A DNA stretch of 64,000 nucleotides from an uncultured Acidobacteriota bacterium (GCA_963700145.1 OY969474.1:32001-96000); one strand, 5' to 3'. Shown: positions 19,901 through 28,841, counted from the first letter of the stretch. Notes: generated from the letters alone by a model not told the origin. Program-made: numbers and translations.

Positions 19901-19952
19901 AGGCAGTATTCCCGCCACCCAGAGACTCGAGAGTCTGGGGATAAAGCCGTGA
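13986..19952 (+). CDS. nSTAND1-type NTPase - TM helix - WD40 - ankyrin - Sel1 repeat protein (NLR-like), 1988 aa
   Basis: YPGARSF...FRGRDRE, Walker A YAKSGMGKTSLLNAG, Walker B LILDQFEELF, YELSHDTL, TM LWAGGAALAAVLVVVAVFG, many AFSPDG..WD repeats, TPLHxA/TALMDAA ankyrins, and A..WYRRSAEQG Sel1 repeats. Confidence 0.92.
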   Translation: MAATFHSRYPGARSFQDDDVDRKLFRGRDREKESLLHLVLAEDLVVVYAKSGMGKTSLLNAGLMEPLREEGYLPMSVRLNDPAAGPFRTLYDGIAEKATQQGIEHVSGDETSLWHFFKTLELWRGDDLLTPVLILDQFEELFTLQSRANRRAFIDQLADLVRGKVPQDLAESRGLEDDRRLSPSAPLIKVVLAIREDFLGNLEELGRKIPNILNTRFRLGPLSRDEARRAISEPARVLDEQIPTARFDYEPAAVEAILDFLAERHLQGGVDTTPEIEPFQLQLICQHVESIVAARQAASGAVAPITYDDLGGDAGIYEMLKGFCDSQIGAIADTYGRRALYRLCEQGLISPHGRRLSLEEGEIERRFRVPKEALHHLVNRRLLRAEPRLGSFSYELSHDTLVAPILASRERRARSRRLWAGGAALAAVLVVVAVFGRRGYVHGQEDALADDARRIGEYLASDPPRALVLAVDATGRSLSLYGEPTPQISLELAKVVEKARFTRSRILQEMQPTASALAPGGEIAATGTEDGRIVLYDTAGNRLRELAPAGGGPVTQLAFSPGGQWIAAVTGERLRLWSREGRSEGHPYAVTGGVRAIAFRPGDDCLAVATPAGLRLLEIAKKRWSGGKPQGGITRLTFSHDGERLLSLHQDGTARVWGVPSPGALSNASSALAVISSPNDWSFGGNRRALLKPDGIWIGDRGTRRLRPLTGIGESPTSLALSPDGKSIAVGLYAGGFELHRLEKERKAAKATGSATPATAGSKAVATRIFEKPQGTATTALALDSTTDFAATGEADGTITFWNRTTGDFTAQERAHEGYIFALAIDRKEHRLISGGSDCAIRIWSLDRKLLRDLTRSGENCAVMGLAVHPGAEFFALGDRAGHIETWSFDGRRLSSSTSEPVLALAIGPKGVVSSAHFDGAVREWSTDQGRDLSLLDEVPAPHLLMTAATFAPDGAIVLGGEDGRWRMVPQESYMQDPGDGVIRFDESGEGVKTQDAHKAAVQVLAFSSDGLSLVSGDAVGGLRLWSAEGELLSDPIPGRGSPTTAAGFSGDGESVLALARDLTLTIWDRHGMNPPGVPEAQIGEGFGLAIDPKGAFFATISDSGDGKQLAVWDLHTARKLSWSSEIEQCSPAGIAIRPDGLGMAVGCEDGHIAMVDAWLDELPSASKKPGAAVRALAFDPQGQYFAAGDDDGRLGLWDARGRPLAAPPWPAHAGPVLALAVSPDGNWIASAGGEAPPAGAGAVRKDDSNVKLWNRWKPGEVVWPRPWNVLSSHPRRGINSLAFSPDGRTLITGGDDGMVRFWNVEDGTEQQILETQGGRVASVAFSPDGTQILTAGFDGNLRLWDLQRNLLALALPIRANAGPGEELAVQAAFAPGGDLLVSSAAQGRSLLRRGSWRGWLQVACHRLRRDDGWRRPSLPGERKARETCERWAGPDDDPWSGLASAGQAPPGSTPLHRAVVMGVVGDVTSLLLEGQDPNVRDAAARTPLALAVAAGRAEAARALLANHADPRLGDGFGDTPLHQAAARGDSMVIDLLLRGGAAPGARNRYGVTPLMNSAHRGHAAAARALLDKGAPVDTADDGGNTALMDAARNGHLDLVELLIARGADINRENRTPARMTALRWARYGGHSGVVDFLQAKSLRVSEDLPTAVQRIHLARYAPAHLRPAAATLGRWWTPIRNEVSMRTFRSVRAIAEQGDSFAQFLVGYALARGLGVGRDPDAALIWYRRSAEQGDPLGQAALGMAYWTAEGPRTRQDMQQALLWNQRSAAQGHPVGHWNLGNMYSQGIGVENSSGTGALCSYLEAARAQLADLVCSPPVPAQRQWARADPAAINSVGWSLDNGAGYREDSQAAFAYFRRAASQGDLVAQRNIGSMWLYGRAVPRSLAQAHVWLRRAADQGHGGAMSLLGHSYLYGLGVPASAVEALSWYRRGGEAGNRSSQRQTGWMLERGLGEERSLVAAVGWYRRAAAQGSIPATQRLESLGIKP

Positions 19953-20092
19953 GCCCAAGCGCCATCTCGCTCCGCTCGCTCTTGCGGTTCGACTCGGCGT
20001 AACTCATCGCGCGCCCCTGAGGGGACTTCGCCTGCACGTCCGTCTTATTGGAGGAAGATAGCTGACAGTATCTGCCGCAGGAGGAACCCACC

Positions 20093-22168
20093 ATGCAGGA
20101 CCTCGAAGCCCGCGTCAAAGCGGCGGTTGCCAAGATCGAAGGCCGCGATCCCAAGCTGGCCGATGAGCTGAACGAGCTCCGCGGGAGTGCGAAGACCAAG
20201 AAGGAAGCCAGGGCCCTGGCGCCGGCGATGGCCCTGCGGGGGCTCGCACTGGAGGGGGCGGCTCCCAGGCCGGCGGTCGCGCTCGAAACGATCGTGCTGC
20301 GGGTCGGCCGCCCGGTGCTGGCGGTCGTCCGCGACGAGGCCCTCCTCGAGTTCCAGGACGCGGAGAGCGAGATCTGGCGGCAGCGGCTGACCGACGCGCG
20401 CGACCGCCTGGTGCCGGCCATCAAGGCGGTCGGCCGCATCGAGGTGGAGAACCATCCACGGTTCGAATGGCTCGGGACCGGATGGCTGGTCGCCGACGAC
20501 GTCGTGGTGACGAACCGGCACGTGGCGCGCGAGTTCGGCCGCGGCAGCGGCTCCGGCTTCGTCTTCCGGCCGGGCCGGGCCAACCGGCGGATGACCGCGT
20601 CGATCGATTTCCTGGAGGAGTTCGACCGCCCCGAGAGCCTGGAGTTCCGCCTGCGGCGCATCCTGCACATCGAGGGCGACGGCGGACCCGACGTGGCGCT
20701 GCTCCAGGTCGAGCCGGTTGCGGGAAGGGGCCTGGCGGCGCCGATCAGGCTCGGCGTCCGGAGAGGCGCGGGAGGAGCAGCAGGTGGCCGTGATCGGCTA
20801 TCCGGCGAAGGACAGCCGGATCCCGGACCAGCAGCTCATGCAGGACATCTTCGGCGACGTCTTCGACAAGAAGCGGCTGGCGCCGGGCCAGATCACCGGC
20901 AGCGCGGGCCACGAGCTCGCTGCACGACTGCTCGACGCTCGGCGGCAACTCCGGCTCGGTGGTGCTCGACCTCGAGACCGGCGAGGCGCTCGGTCTCCAC
21001 TTCGCCGGCCGCTTCCTGGAGGCGAACTTCGCGGTGCCCGCCGCGCTCGTCGCGGAGCGGCTGCGGCGGCTCGGCCGCGAGGGTGCGCGCCCCGCCGCGG
21101 CGCGCCCGCCGGCCGGCGCGCGCGGCACTCTCCAGTCGCGCTCCGGCGGCGCCACGGCCTCCGTCGACGACGATCAGCCTACACGATCCCGGTCCGGGTC
21201 ACGGTGGACATCGGCGCTCCGGTCGCCGGCGAGCCGGCCGGGCGCGCAGGGCACGCCACCCGGCGCTCCTCGCGCCGACCCCTGCCGACGTGGGCGACGA
21301 CGAGGACGAGATCCTCCTCGACGTCGAGGCGCGGCCGGAGGACTACGCAGACCGGCCCGGCTACACGGCCGGGCTTCCTCGGCTACGGGTTCGAGGTCGC
21401 CGCTGCCGGCGCTGGGCGCGGAGCTGGAGAGCGACCTGCTCACCTTCGAGGTCGACGGGGAGACGGAGAGCGAGCTCCGCTACCAGCACTTCTCGGTCGT
21501 CATGAGTCAGAGCCGGCGCCTCTGTCTCTACAGCGCGGTGAACATCGACGGCGACCAGTCGCGGAAGGTGAAGCGCACCGGATGGCGGCTGGACCCGCGG
21601 ATCGCCCAAGGAGGCGCAGATCCTCCGCGAGTGCTACGGCAACGCGCCCAAGTTCAGCCGCGGCCACATGACGCGGCGCGAGGACCCGATCTGGGGCTCC
21701 GCAGGGGACGCCAAGCTCGGCAACGCCGACTCCATGCACGTCACCAACGCCGTGCCGCAGATGCAGGTCGTTCAATGCCGGCATCTGGCTCGGCCTCGAG
21801 GACTACGCCCTCGACAACGCGCGCGAGGACGACATGCGGATCTCGGTGTTCACGGGACCGTTCCTGCGCGACGACGACCCGGTCCGCTTCGGCGTCCAGG
21901 TCCCGCGCGACGTTCTGGAAGGTCATCGCGTTCGTCCACGACGAGACGGGCGAGCTCTCCGCCACGGGCTACACGATGTCGCAGGACGACTTCCTGCGCG
22001 AGGAGGAGTTCGTCTTCGGCCAGCACGAGACGTCGCAGGTGCCGATCGTCGCTGATCGAGCAGCGGACCGGGCTGTCGTTCGGCGACCTCGCCTCCCGCG
22101 ATCCGCTCGGCGAGGTGGAGGAGGCCCTGCCGGCGCCGCTGACGGATTTCCGGCAGATTCGGTTCTAG
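20093..22168 (+). CDS. Trypsin-like serine protease fused to NucA/EndoG-type non-specific endonuclease (frameshifted in this assembly)
   Basis: RBS AGGAGG. Protease triad TNRHVA / PDVALL / HDCSTLGGNSGS. Nuclease part: LRYQHFSVVMSQSRRLCLYSAVNIDG, WRLDPRI, FSRGHMTRREDP, TNAVPQ..FNAGIWLGLEDY, VFTGP, FWKVI, IEQRTGLSF. The pieces lie in different frames. Confidence 0.85.
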
Positions 22169-22197
22169 GTAGTTCTACCTTCAAGGGAGGTCTCTCC

Positions 22198-23130
22198 ATG
22201 CCTCATGTCACGTTCGTCCACGGCATCGCCAATAAACCCCCGACGGACAAGCTGCTGGACCTCTGGCGGCGCAGCCTGGCGGAGTCCGACGGCCCCGACC
22301 TCGGCAGCGAAGGGGTCACCAGCTCGATGGTCTACTGGGCGGACGTGTTGTACGCCGAGCCGCTCAAGGAGGGCATGGAGGAGAGCGCCACGGACGAGTC
22401 CACGGTCGAGGCCGTGTCGCCCGAGTCCCCGGACCTCGGCGTCGAGAACATGGACGCCGCGGAGCAGCTCTGGGTGGCCGAGCTCGCGGTCAAGCTGGCC
22501 GTCCCGCTCGCCGCCGAGGAGGCGGTCGAGGCCCTGCCCACGCCCGTGCGCGAACAGCTCGAGCGCATCCCCCTGCCCTGGCCGGTCAAGGAGCGGCTCA
22601 TGCGGCGCCTCCTGCGGGACGTCCACCACTACCTCTTCAACGTCGACTACAGCCCACGGCCGGGAGAGACCTTCAAGGTGCAGGACGAGATCCGCGGGCG
22701 GATGATCAAGGCGTTGCAGGAGGGCGCGACCATGCCCGGCCCCCACGTCGTGATCAGCCACAGCATGGGCACGGTGATCGCCTACGACTGCCTGAAGCGA
22801 GTCGGCGACGCACCCGTGGTGGACGGTCTGATGACCATCGGCAGCCCGCTCGGAATCGACGAGGTCCAGGACAAGCTGCGGCCGGAGTGGAGCCGGGACA
22901 ACGGCTTCCCGCACGAGAAGGTCCGCGGCAAGTGGATCAACGTCTACGACCGTCTCGATCCGGTGGCCGGCTTCGATCCGAGCTTCGCCAACGACTACCG
23001 GCGCGGCGGCCAGAGGACGGTCGAGGACGTCAACGAGCAGAACTCCGGCTCGTGGCGCCACAACGTCAGCAAGTACCTGAGCGGGGCGCAGCTCCGGGCA
23101 CGCGTGCGCGAGATGCTGGGCTTGGAGTGA
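22198..23130 (+). CDS. Alpha/beta-hydrolase (lipase-like)
   Basis: RBS AGGGAGG. MPHVTFVHGI, nucleophile elbow ISHSMGTVIAYD, MTIGSPLG, WINVYDRLDPV, C-terminal His (WRHNVSKY). Confidence 0.85.
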   Translation: MPHVTFVHGIANKPPTDKLLDLWRRSLAESDGPDLGSEGVTSSMVYWADVLYAEPLKEGMEESATDESTVEAVSPESPDLGVENMDAAEQLWVAELAVKLAVPLAAEEAVEALPTPVREQLERIPLPWPVKERLMRRLLRDVHHYLFNVDYSPRPGETFKVQDEIRGRMIKALQEGATMPGPHVVISHSMGTVIAYDCLKRVGDAPVVDGLMTIGSPLGIDEVQDKLRPEWSRDNGFPHEKVRGKWINVYDRLDPVAGFDPSFANDYRRGGQRTVEDVNEQNSGSWRHNVSKYLSGAQLRARVREMLGLE

Positions 23131-23136
23131 ACGACG

Positions 23137-24786
23137 ATGGACACGCCCTGGAACGAGGACGAGTTCCTGACCGAGCTGACCGCGGTCGTCGAGCGCTTCA
23201 ACCGCGACGGCGCGGCCAAGCTGTGCAATGAGCTGATCGCCGCGCTGCATCAGGGAGCGCTGCCGAGCGCCAAGGCGGCGAAGAAGATCCTCCAGGTCTT
23301 GCGCCGCAAATGCCACTTCGACCTGATGGAGCGGGTGACGGAGGCCCTCCGCCTCGTCGGGCTCGACGAGAACCAGATCCGCCGCCAATACGCCCAGTCG
23401 CTCATCGACCAGGGGAAGGCCGCGGCGGCCATCGACGTCCTGGAGTCGCTGATGGCGCGGACGGAAGGGAAGGACCCGGCAGAGCACGCGGAGGCGCGCG
23501 GCCTGCTCGGCCGCGTCTACAAGCAGCTCTACGTCAATGCGGTCAACGCCGACCCCGAAGCCAGGCGCTCGCGGCTGAGCCAGCTCAACCTGCAGCGGGC
23601 GGTGAACGCCTACCACGAGGTCTACCTGTCGGGCCCGGCCGATCACCTGTGGCACGGCATCAACACGGTGGCGCTGGTCTTCCGCGCGCGGAGGGACGGC
23701 GTGCAGCTCGATCCGGAGCCGGACGCCGAGACGATCGCCCGGGAGATCCTGGCGGCGCTCGAGGCGCGCAAGGAGCAGGGGGCGATCGGCTACTGGGACA
23801 TGGCCACGGCGGCGGAGGCGAGCGTGGCGCTCGCGGATTTCGGCAAGGCGCTGCTCTGGGTCGCGGAATACGTGCAGCAGGCCGACGCCGACGCCTTCGA
23901 GCTGTCGAGCACCGAACGCCAGCTGCGGGAGGTCTGGGGGCTGACCGTCGAGAAGCCGCCCGGCTCTCTCCTCCTCCCGTTGCTCCAGGCCCACATCCTT
24001 CAGCGCAAGGGCGGCCGGGTCGAGGTGCCGCAAGGGAGCCTGGGCGCGACGATAGAGCGCGCCGGCGACCTACGGCTGGAGAAGGTCCTCGGCAGCGAGG
24101 GATTCATGACCCTGAAGGCGTACCGGGAGGGGCTGGAGCGCTGCCGGCTCGTCGCGCAGGTGAAGACGCGGACGGACGAGGGCTTCGGCACCGGGTTCCT
24201 GATCCGCGGCAAGGACCTCGACGATCGGTTCGGCGACGAGCTTCTCGTGCTGACCAATGCCCACGTGGTCAGCGATGATCCGGCCGTCCGGGCCGCCAAG
24301 GGCTCGCTGCCGGCCGAAGATGCCGTCGTCGTGTTCGAAGCCCTGGAGTCGGCCGCCGATCAGGAGTATCAGGTCTCGCTCCTGTGGTCCTCTCCTCCCG
24401 ACGAGCTGGATGCGACGCTGCTGCGGATCGATCCGCCGATCACCGGCCTGACGCCCTATCCGGTCGCGAAGAACCTCCCGCTGGGTGACGGCAAGCAGAA
24501 GGTCTACGTCATCGGCCATCCCGGCGGTCGTTCGCTCTCCCTCTCGCTCAACGACAACCTGCTGCTCGACTACGACGACCGGCTGCTGCACTACCGTGCT
24601 CCCACCGAAGGGGGCAGCTCGGGAAGCCCGGTCTTCAACAACCAGTGGAAACTGATCGGTCTCCACCACGCCGGAGGCTTCGGCCTGCAGCGCTTGAACG
24701 GCAAGGAGGGGACCTACGACGCCAACGAGGGCATCCAGATCCAGAAGATCATCGTCGCGATAAAAGAGGCGGCGATCGGCGGCTGA
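23137..24786 (+). CDS. TPR-S/DUF4071 (MAP3K TRAF-binding-like) domain + trypsin-like serine protease
   Basis: N-part: ARGLLGRVYKQ, AVNAY, WHGINTVAL, YWDMATAAEA, ELSSTERQLR. C-part: GTGFLI, TNAHVV, LDATLL, IGHPGG, TEGGSSGSPVFN, LIGLHHAG. Confidence 0.88.
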   Translation: MDTPWNEDEFLTELTAVVERFNRDGAAKLCNELIAALHQGALPSAKAAKKILQVLRRKCHFDLMERVTEALRLVGLDENQIRRQYAQSLIDQGKAAAAIDVLESLMARTEGKDPAEHAEARGLLGRVYKQLYVNAVNADPEARRSRLSQLNLQRAVNAYHEVYLSGPADHLWHGINTVALVFRARRDGVQLDPEPDAETIAREILAALEARKEQGAIGYWDMATAAEASVALADFGKALLWVAEYVQQADADAFELSSTERQLREVWGLTVEKPPGSLLLPLLQAHILQRKGGRVEVPQGSLGATIERAGDLRLEKVLGSEGFMTLKAYREGLERCRLVAQVKTRTDEGFGTGFLIRGKDLDDRFGDELLVLTNAHVVSDDPAVRAAKGSLPAEDAVVVFEALESAADQEYQVSLLWSSPPDELDATLLRIDPPITGLTPYPVAKNLPLGDGKQKVYVIGHPGGRSLSLSLNDNLLLDYDDRLLHYRAPTEGGSSGSPVFNNQWKLIGLHHAGGFGLQRLNGKEGTYDANEGIQIQKIIVAIKEAAIGG

Positions 24787-24793
24787 GCCCGGG

Positions 24794-26136
24794 TCACTTC
24801 GGCCAGCCGGCCAGCTCCTCCTCGGCCTCCTTGGCCCACGGCACCTCGTCGCCTCGCCTCTCCCGCGCCTCGCGGATGAGGCGCAGGTTGCGTACCGTGG
24901 TCTCCGGCTCCCAGGTCTCGCGGACGTTGGCCAGCGCGTCGCCCAGGGCCTGGACGGCCTTCTCCTCGTCCTTGCCCAGGACCGCCAGCTCGAGGCGCGT
25001 CGCGTAGTCCCAGTAGTCGGGCTGGCCGGCGGCGATCTTCCGCTCGACGGCGTAGGCGACGACGGGGAGGAGCTCTCCGCGGCGGGGGTCGGGCGGCTCC
25101 TTGAGCTCCATCAGGGTGACGGCGTTGATGCCGGGGTAGGCGTCGCGCCAGTCGGCCTCGAAGCCCTTCCGATAGGCGTCGATCGCCTTGTCGAGCAGGC
25201 CGCGGGCGGCGATCGCCTTGCCGGCCTTCGCGGCGGCCTCCCAGCGGTCCTTGTAGACGCGGCCGAGGATGCCGTAGGTCTCGCTGCTCGGGCCGCGCGT
25301 CGCGATCAGGTCGAGCAGCGACCTGCTCCGCCTCCTCGCCCCGCCCGGCCCGGTTCAGGGCCAGGCCGAGCTGCTCCTGGACCATGACGGTCACGGCGAG
25401 CGGCTGCGGCATCTGCTCGACGAGCTCGATCATGTCGTCCCAGGCCTTGACCGCCCGGTAGGAGAGGAGGAGGTCGACGACGACGCCCGACTCGACGCTC
25501 GTCAGGTCCCCCATCTCCGCTTCGGCGGCGCGCAGCGGCCTCGGCGCCCTCTCGCGCGCGCGGCGGCGAGCTTCCTCTTCTGCTCCTCGGAGTAGCGGAC
25601 GCGCTCGCGGAAGACATCGGTCTTCGTGTGATCGATGTCGGGATAGCTCTCGACGAGCTGATAGATCGGGCTGTCGTGCGCGGCGTCCTTGCTCGCCGCC
25701 TCGCGGGCCTGGGCGAGGCGCTCGGCGAGCGCCGCGCGCGCGGCCTCCAGGTCCGCGGGCTTCCCCTCGGCGTCAGCGTGTAGGGCATGGCGCGCAGGGG
25801 AGCGACGTCGAAGGGGAGCTGGCTGCCGCCCTCGGAGAAGATCAGGACGGTGCTCCAGGGGCGCACCGCGTGGCGCACGCCCAGTTCGTAGAAGACGTTG
25901 GCGTTCGCCGTCGTCAGGTCGGCCACCGCGAACTTGCAGAAGATCAGCCGCTCGAACATCGGCTTGTGGATGATGCCGCCGGTCATCTCCTCGTCGGCGC
26001 GGATCGGCTCGAGCCCGGCCTCGCGGATCGCCGGTGCGATCAGCTCCTGGTAGACGGCGTCGAAGTCCACCGGCGCGCCGGACACGTCGGGTTTCTTGCC
26101 GAACGGCATGAGGACGAAACAGAGGTCGTTGGGCAT
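24794..26136 (-). CDS. Nucleoside-deoxyribosyltransferase/deoxyribohydrolase-like domain + TPR-S/DUF4071 domain (frameshifted in this assembly)
   Basis: From ATG 26136: MPNDLCFVLMPFG...IRADEE...AVADLTTANANVFYELGVRHA...LPFDV. Later SETYGILGRVYKD, AIDAYRKGF, YPGINAVTL, YWDYATRLELAV, WEPETTVRNLRLI. Confidence 0.85.
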
Positions 26137-26171
26137 GTGTGAGATCCCCGGCGTGTCCGCGGCTCCGCGCT

Positions 26172-27518
26172 TTACTCCACCTTCCTCGCCTCGGTGGCGA
26201 GGTGGCTCTGGCGCAGGACGAGGTGCGTCACCGCTCCGCCTGCGCCCTTGACGAACGCAAGCTCGCTGTCCGGGTCGCGGGTGAAGAACGTGGACTCGGA
26301 CGCGGCAAAGAGCTCCCGGCGCGGGCCGCTTCCCGTCTGCGCCCAGAGCTTGCCGTCCTCGCGGGAGACCACGAGCCGGACGTTCGGCCTCAGCTCGTAG
26401 CTGCCGACGTAGGCGTCGAAGGCCTCGGGGGCGATCGGCACGGCGGTGTGCTCGACGGGCGCGAGCTCGGGGTCGTAGAGGGCGGCGACGCCGTTGGTGA
26501 TGGCGGCCGGGTCGGCCTGCGCCAGGTTGGTGAGCACGATGACGGTCAGCTTCTTGTCGACGAAGCGCACGATGTCGGCGGCGAAGCCTTGCCAGCCGCC
26601 GCCGTGCCGCACGACGCGGTGGCCGCGGACCTCGCCCACCATCCAGCCGAAGCCGTAGCCGAACGACGCGGGGCTGCCGTCGGCGAGCCTGGCCGGCGTC
26701 CAGGTCAGGTCGAGCGTGGCGCGGTCGAGGAGCTTCTCTGTGTAGAGCCCGGCGTCCCACCGCGCGAGGTCGAGCACGGTCAGGTAGAGCGCGCCGTCGG
26801 CGGTCGTGTTGAGCACCGGGGAGACCCACTCCTGGTTCTTGAGCTCGCCGTCGACGAGCCGGTAGCCGGCGGCGCGGTTGGGCACGATGGCGGCCTCGTC
26901 GATGATGCGCGCGGTCGCCATGCCGAGCGGCGCGAAGACCCGCTCGCGGAGGAGGTCGCCGTAGAACTTGCCGGTCACCCTGCGCACGAGGACTCCGAGC
27001 ATCACGTAGCCCGGGTTGCTGTAGCTCCACCGCGTGCCGGGCGCGAAATCGAGCGGCAGCGCCGCGATCTCCTTGACCAGCTCGTCCTCGGTGTAGTCCC
27101 GGCGCATGTCGAGCTCGTCGTAGAGCGCGTTCGAGAGGCCCGAGGTGTGCGTCAGCAGGTGGCGCACCGTGATGTCGCGCCAGGTTTCCGGCGCCTCGGC
27201 GACGTGCTTGCCGATGCGGTCGTCGAGGCTCAGCTTGCCGTCCTCGACGAGCATCATCACGAGCGCGGCCGTGAACTGCTTGCCGACCGATCCGGACTGA
27301 TAGATCGTTTCCGGACGCGCCGGAACGCCGAGCTCGACGTTCGCGAGTCCGTAGCCTTGGGCCTTGACGACCCCTCCGTCGCGCACGACGGCAAGCGAGA
27401 GGCCGGGGATCTTCTGGCGCTGCATCTCGGCCGCGACGAAGGCGTCGACCTCCGCGGCGGCCGCCGGCGCCGTCAGCGCGGCGAGGAGGAGGGGAACCAG
27501 GGCTCGTGGGTTCCTCAT
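26172..27518 (-). CDS. Serine hydrolase (beta-lactamase/AmpC-like family) with C-terminal DUF3471-like domain
   Basis: Signal peptide, SVGK (SxxK), LLTHTSG, YSN, HGGG. Confidence 0.9.
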   Translation of the reverse strand: MRNPRALVPLLLAALTAPAAAAEVDAFVAAEMQRQKIPGLSLAVVRDGGVVKAQGYGLANVELGVPARPETIYQSGSVGKQFTAALVMMLVEDGKLSLDDRIGKHVAEAPETWRDITVRHLLTHTSGLSNALYDELDMRRDYTEDELVKEIAALPLDFAPGTRWSYSNPGYVMLGVLVRRVTGKFYGDLLRERVFAPLGMATARIIDEAAIVPNRAAGYRLVDGELKNQEWVSPVLNTTADGALYLTVLDLARWDAGLYTEKLLDRATLDLTWTPARLADGSPASFGYGFGWMVGEVRGHRVVRHGGGWQGFAADIVRFVDKKLTVIVLTNLAQADPAAITNGVAALYDPELAPVEHTAVPIAPEAFDAYVGSYELRPNVRLVVSREDGKLWAQTGSGPRRELFAASESTFFTRDPDSELAFVKGAGGAVTHLVLRQSHLATEARKVE

Positions 27519-27574
27519 CGCGGCGGATTGTAACTTCGAGCTAAGCTTCTATCTCATTCTCTAAGGAGAGGCTC

Positions 27575-28819
27575 ATGCGCGATCGTCGTTTCCCGTCGTC
27601 GTCGTCATCCGTCTCCGCCGTCTTCGCCGTTGCCGCGCTGTTGTTCGCCGCCACCTCGGCCGCCGCCTCCGGGCCTTACTCGGTCACGGCGACAAGCACG
27701 AGCCAGGTCGGCCCTCTCGTCCGGACCGAGTTTCTCGTGCAGGCCGGCGCCCATCCCCTGGACCGCTTCAAGATGGTCCGGCTGGCGAAGGACGTGCCGC
27801 CGCACGTGCTCGCCGGCTCGATCCTCTTCCTGCCGCCGCTCGGCCTCACCTTTAGCTTCTACGAGCAGCGCGACGAGTCCGGCGGGATGGGAAGCTCGAT
27901 CGCCGAGTTCTTCGCCCTGCGCAACTTCGACGTCTACGGCTACTCGCCTCGCTTCGCGGACATCCCGGCCGGCACCTGCGAGGCCGGTCTGCTCGACTGC
28001 TCGGTGATGGCGGACTGGAACCTCCAGTCGATGGTGGACGACATCGCCTTCGTCCGCGCGCAGATCGAGCAGCTCCATCCGGGGACGAAGATCGTCGCCG
28101 GCGGCGCTTCGCTCGGCGGCATCCTCGCCCTCGCCGTCGCCAACGCCCAGCCCGCCGACTACGACGGCATCCTGCCCTGGGAGGGGATGCTGGCGAGCCC
28201 CGACCCGGTGGTGCAGGGGCTCAACCAGCTCTACTGCGCCGCGCTCGAGGTGCAGATCGCCGGCGGCGGCGTGGTGGACGGCGTCTCGACCAACGTCTTC
28301 AAGGCGGTGACCAAGCAGGCGGAGCTGGCGCCTTCGGGGTCGAACGCCATTCCGCTCTTCCCCTCCACCCTGACCGCCCATCAGGTGATGGTGCTGCTGC
28401 TCGCCGTCACCGCGCCCGGGCCGGTCACCATGCCGGTGCCCAACTACGTGCAGATGAACGGCAGCTTCGCCGAGGACCGCCTGTTCTTCGCCGACGAGGC
28501 GCGGGTGTTCGAGAACGTCGGCCGCTTCAACAGCTACGTGCCGGTGCCGGTGGTGCGCGACGTCTCGTGCTCGCTGGCCGGCGTGGAGACCGCCTACGTC
28601 TCCAACCTCGGCAGCTACACCGGCTCGGTCCTCGCCATCGGCGGCGGCCGAGGCTTCGGCCCGTTCATGGCCGCGCAGCTCGCGATGCTCGGCTCGACCG
28701 ACGTCACCTTCCTCCTCGAGCCGGAGTTCGGCCACATCGACCACTTCATGACCGCCCGGCACCGGGAGTTCGTCGAGCACCCGATCCTCGCCTGGGCGGG
28801 GCGGGTGCTCCAGGAGTGA
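27575..28819 (+). CDS. Secreted alpha/beta-fold hydrolase
   Basis: RBS AAGGAG, signal peptide, GASLGG nucleophile elbow, C-terminal FGHID. Confidence 0.8.
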   Translation: MRDRRFPSSSSSVSAVFAVAALLFAATSAAASGPYSVTATSTSQVGPLVRTEFLVQAGAHPLDRFKMVRLAKDVPPHVLAGSILFLPPLGLTFSFYEQRDESGGMGSSIAEFFALRNFDVYGYSPRFADIPAGTCEAGLLDCSVMADWNLQSMVDDIAFVRAQIEQLHPGTKIVAGGASLGGILALAVANAQPADYDGILPWEGMLASPDPVVQGLNQLYCAALEVQIAGGGVVDGVSTNVFKAVTKQAELAPSGSNAIPLFPSTLTAHQVMVLLLAVTAPGPVTMPVPNYVQMNGSFAEDRLFFADEARVFENVGRFNSYVPVPVVRDVSCSLAGVETAYVSNLGSYTGSVLAIGGGRGFGPFMAAQLAMLGSTDVTFLLEPEFGHIDHFMTARHREFVEHPILAWAGRVLQE

Positions 28820-28841
28820 CCTCGCGGGGGCACGCGCCTGC

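Noticed and set aside
19953-20020. Minus-strand fragment MSYAESNRKSERSEMALGL as a gene truncated by island insertion
   Set aside because: Too short to assign, and no matching continuation was found on the other side of the block.
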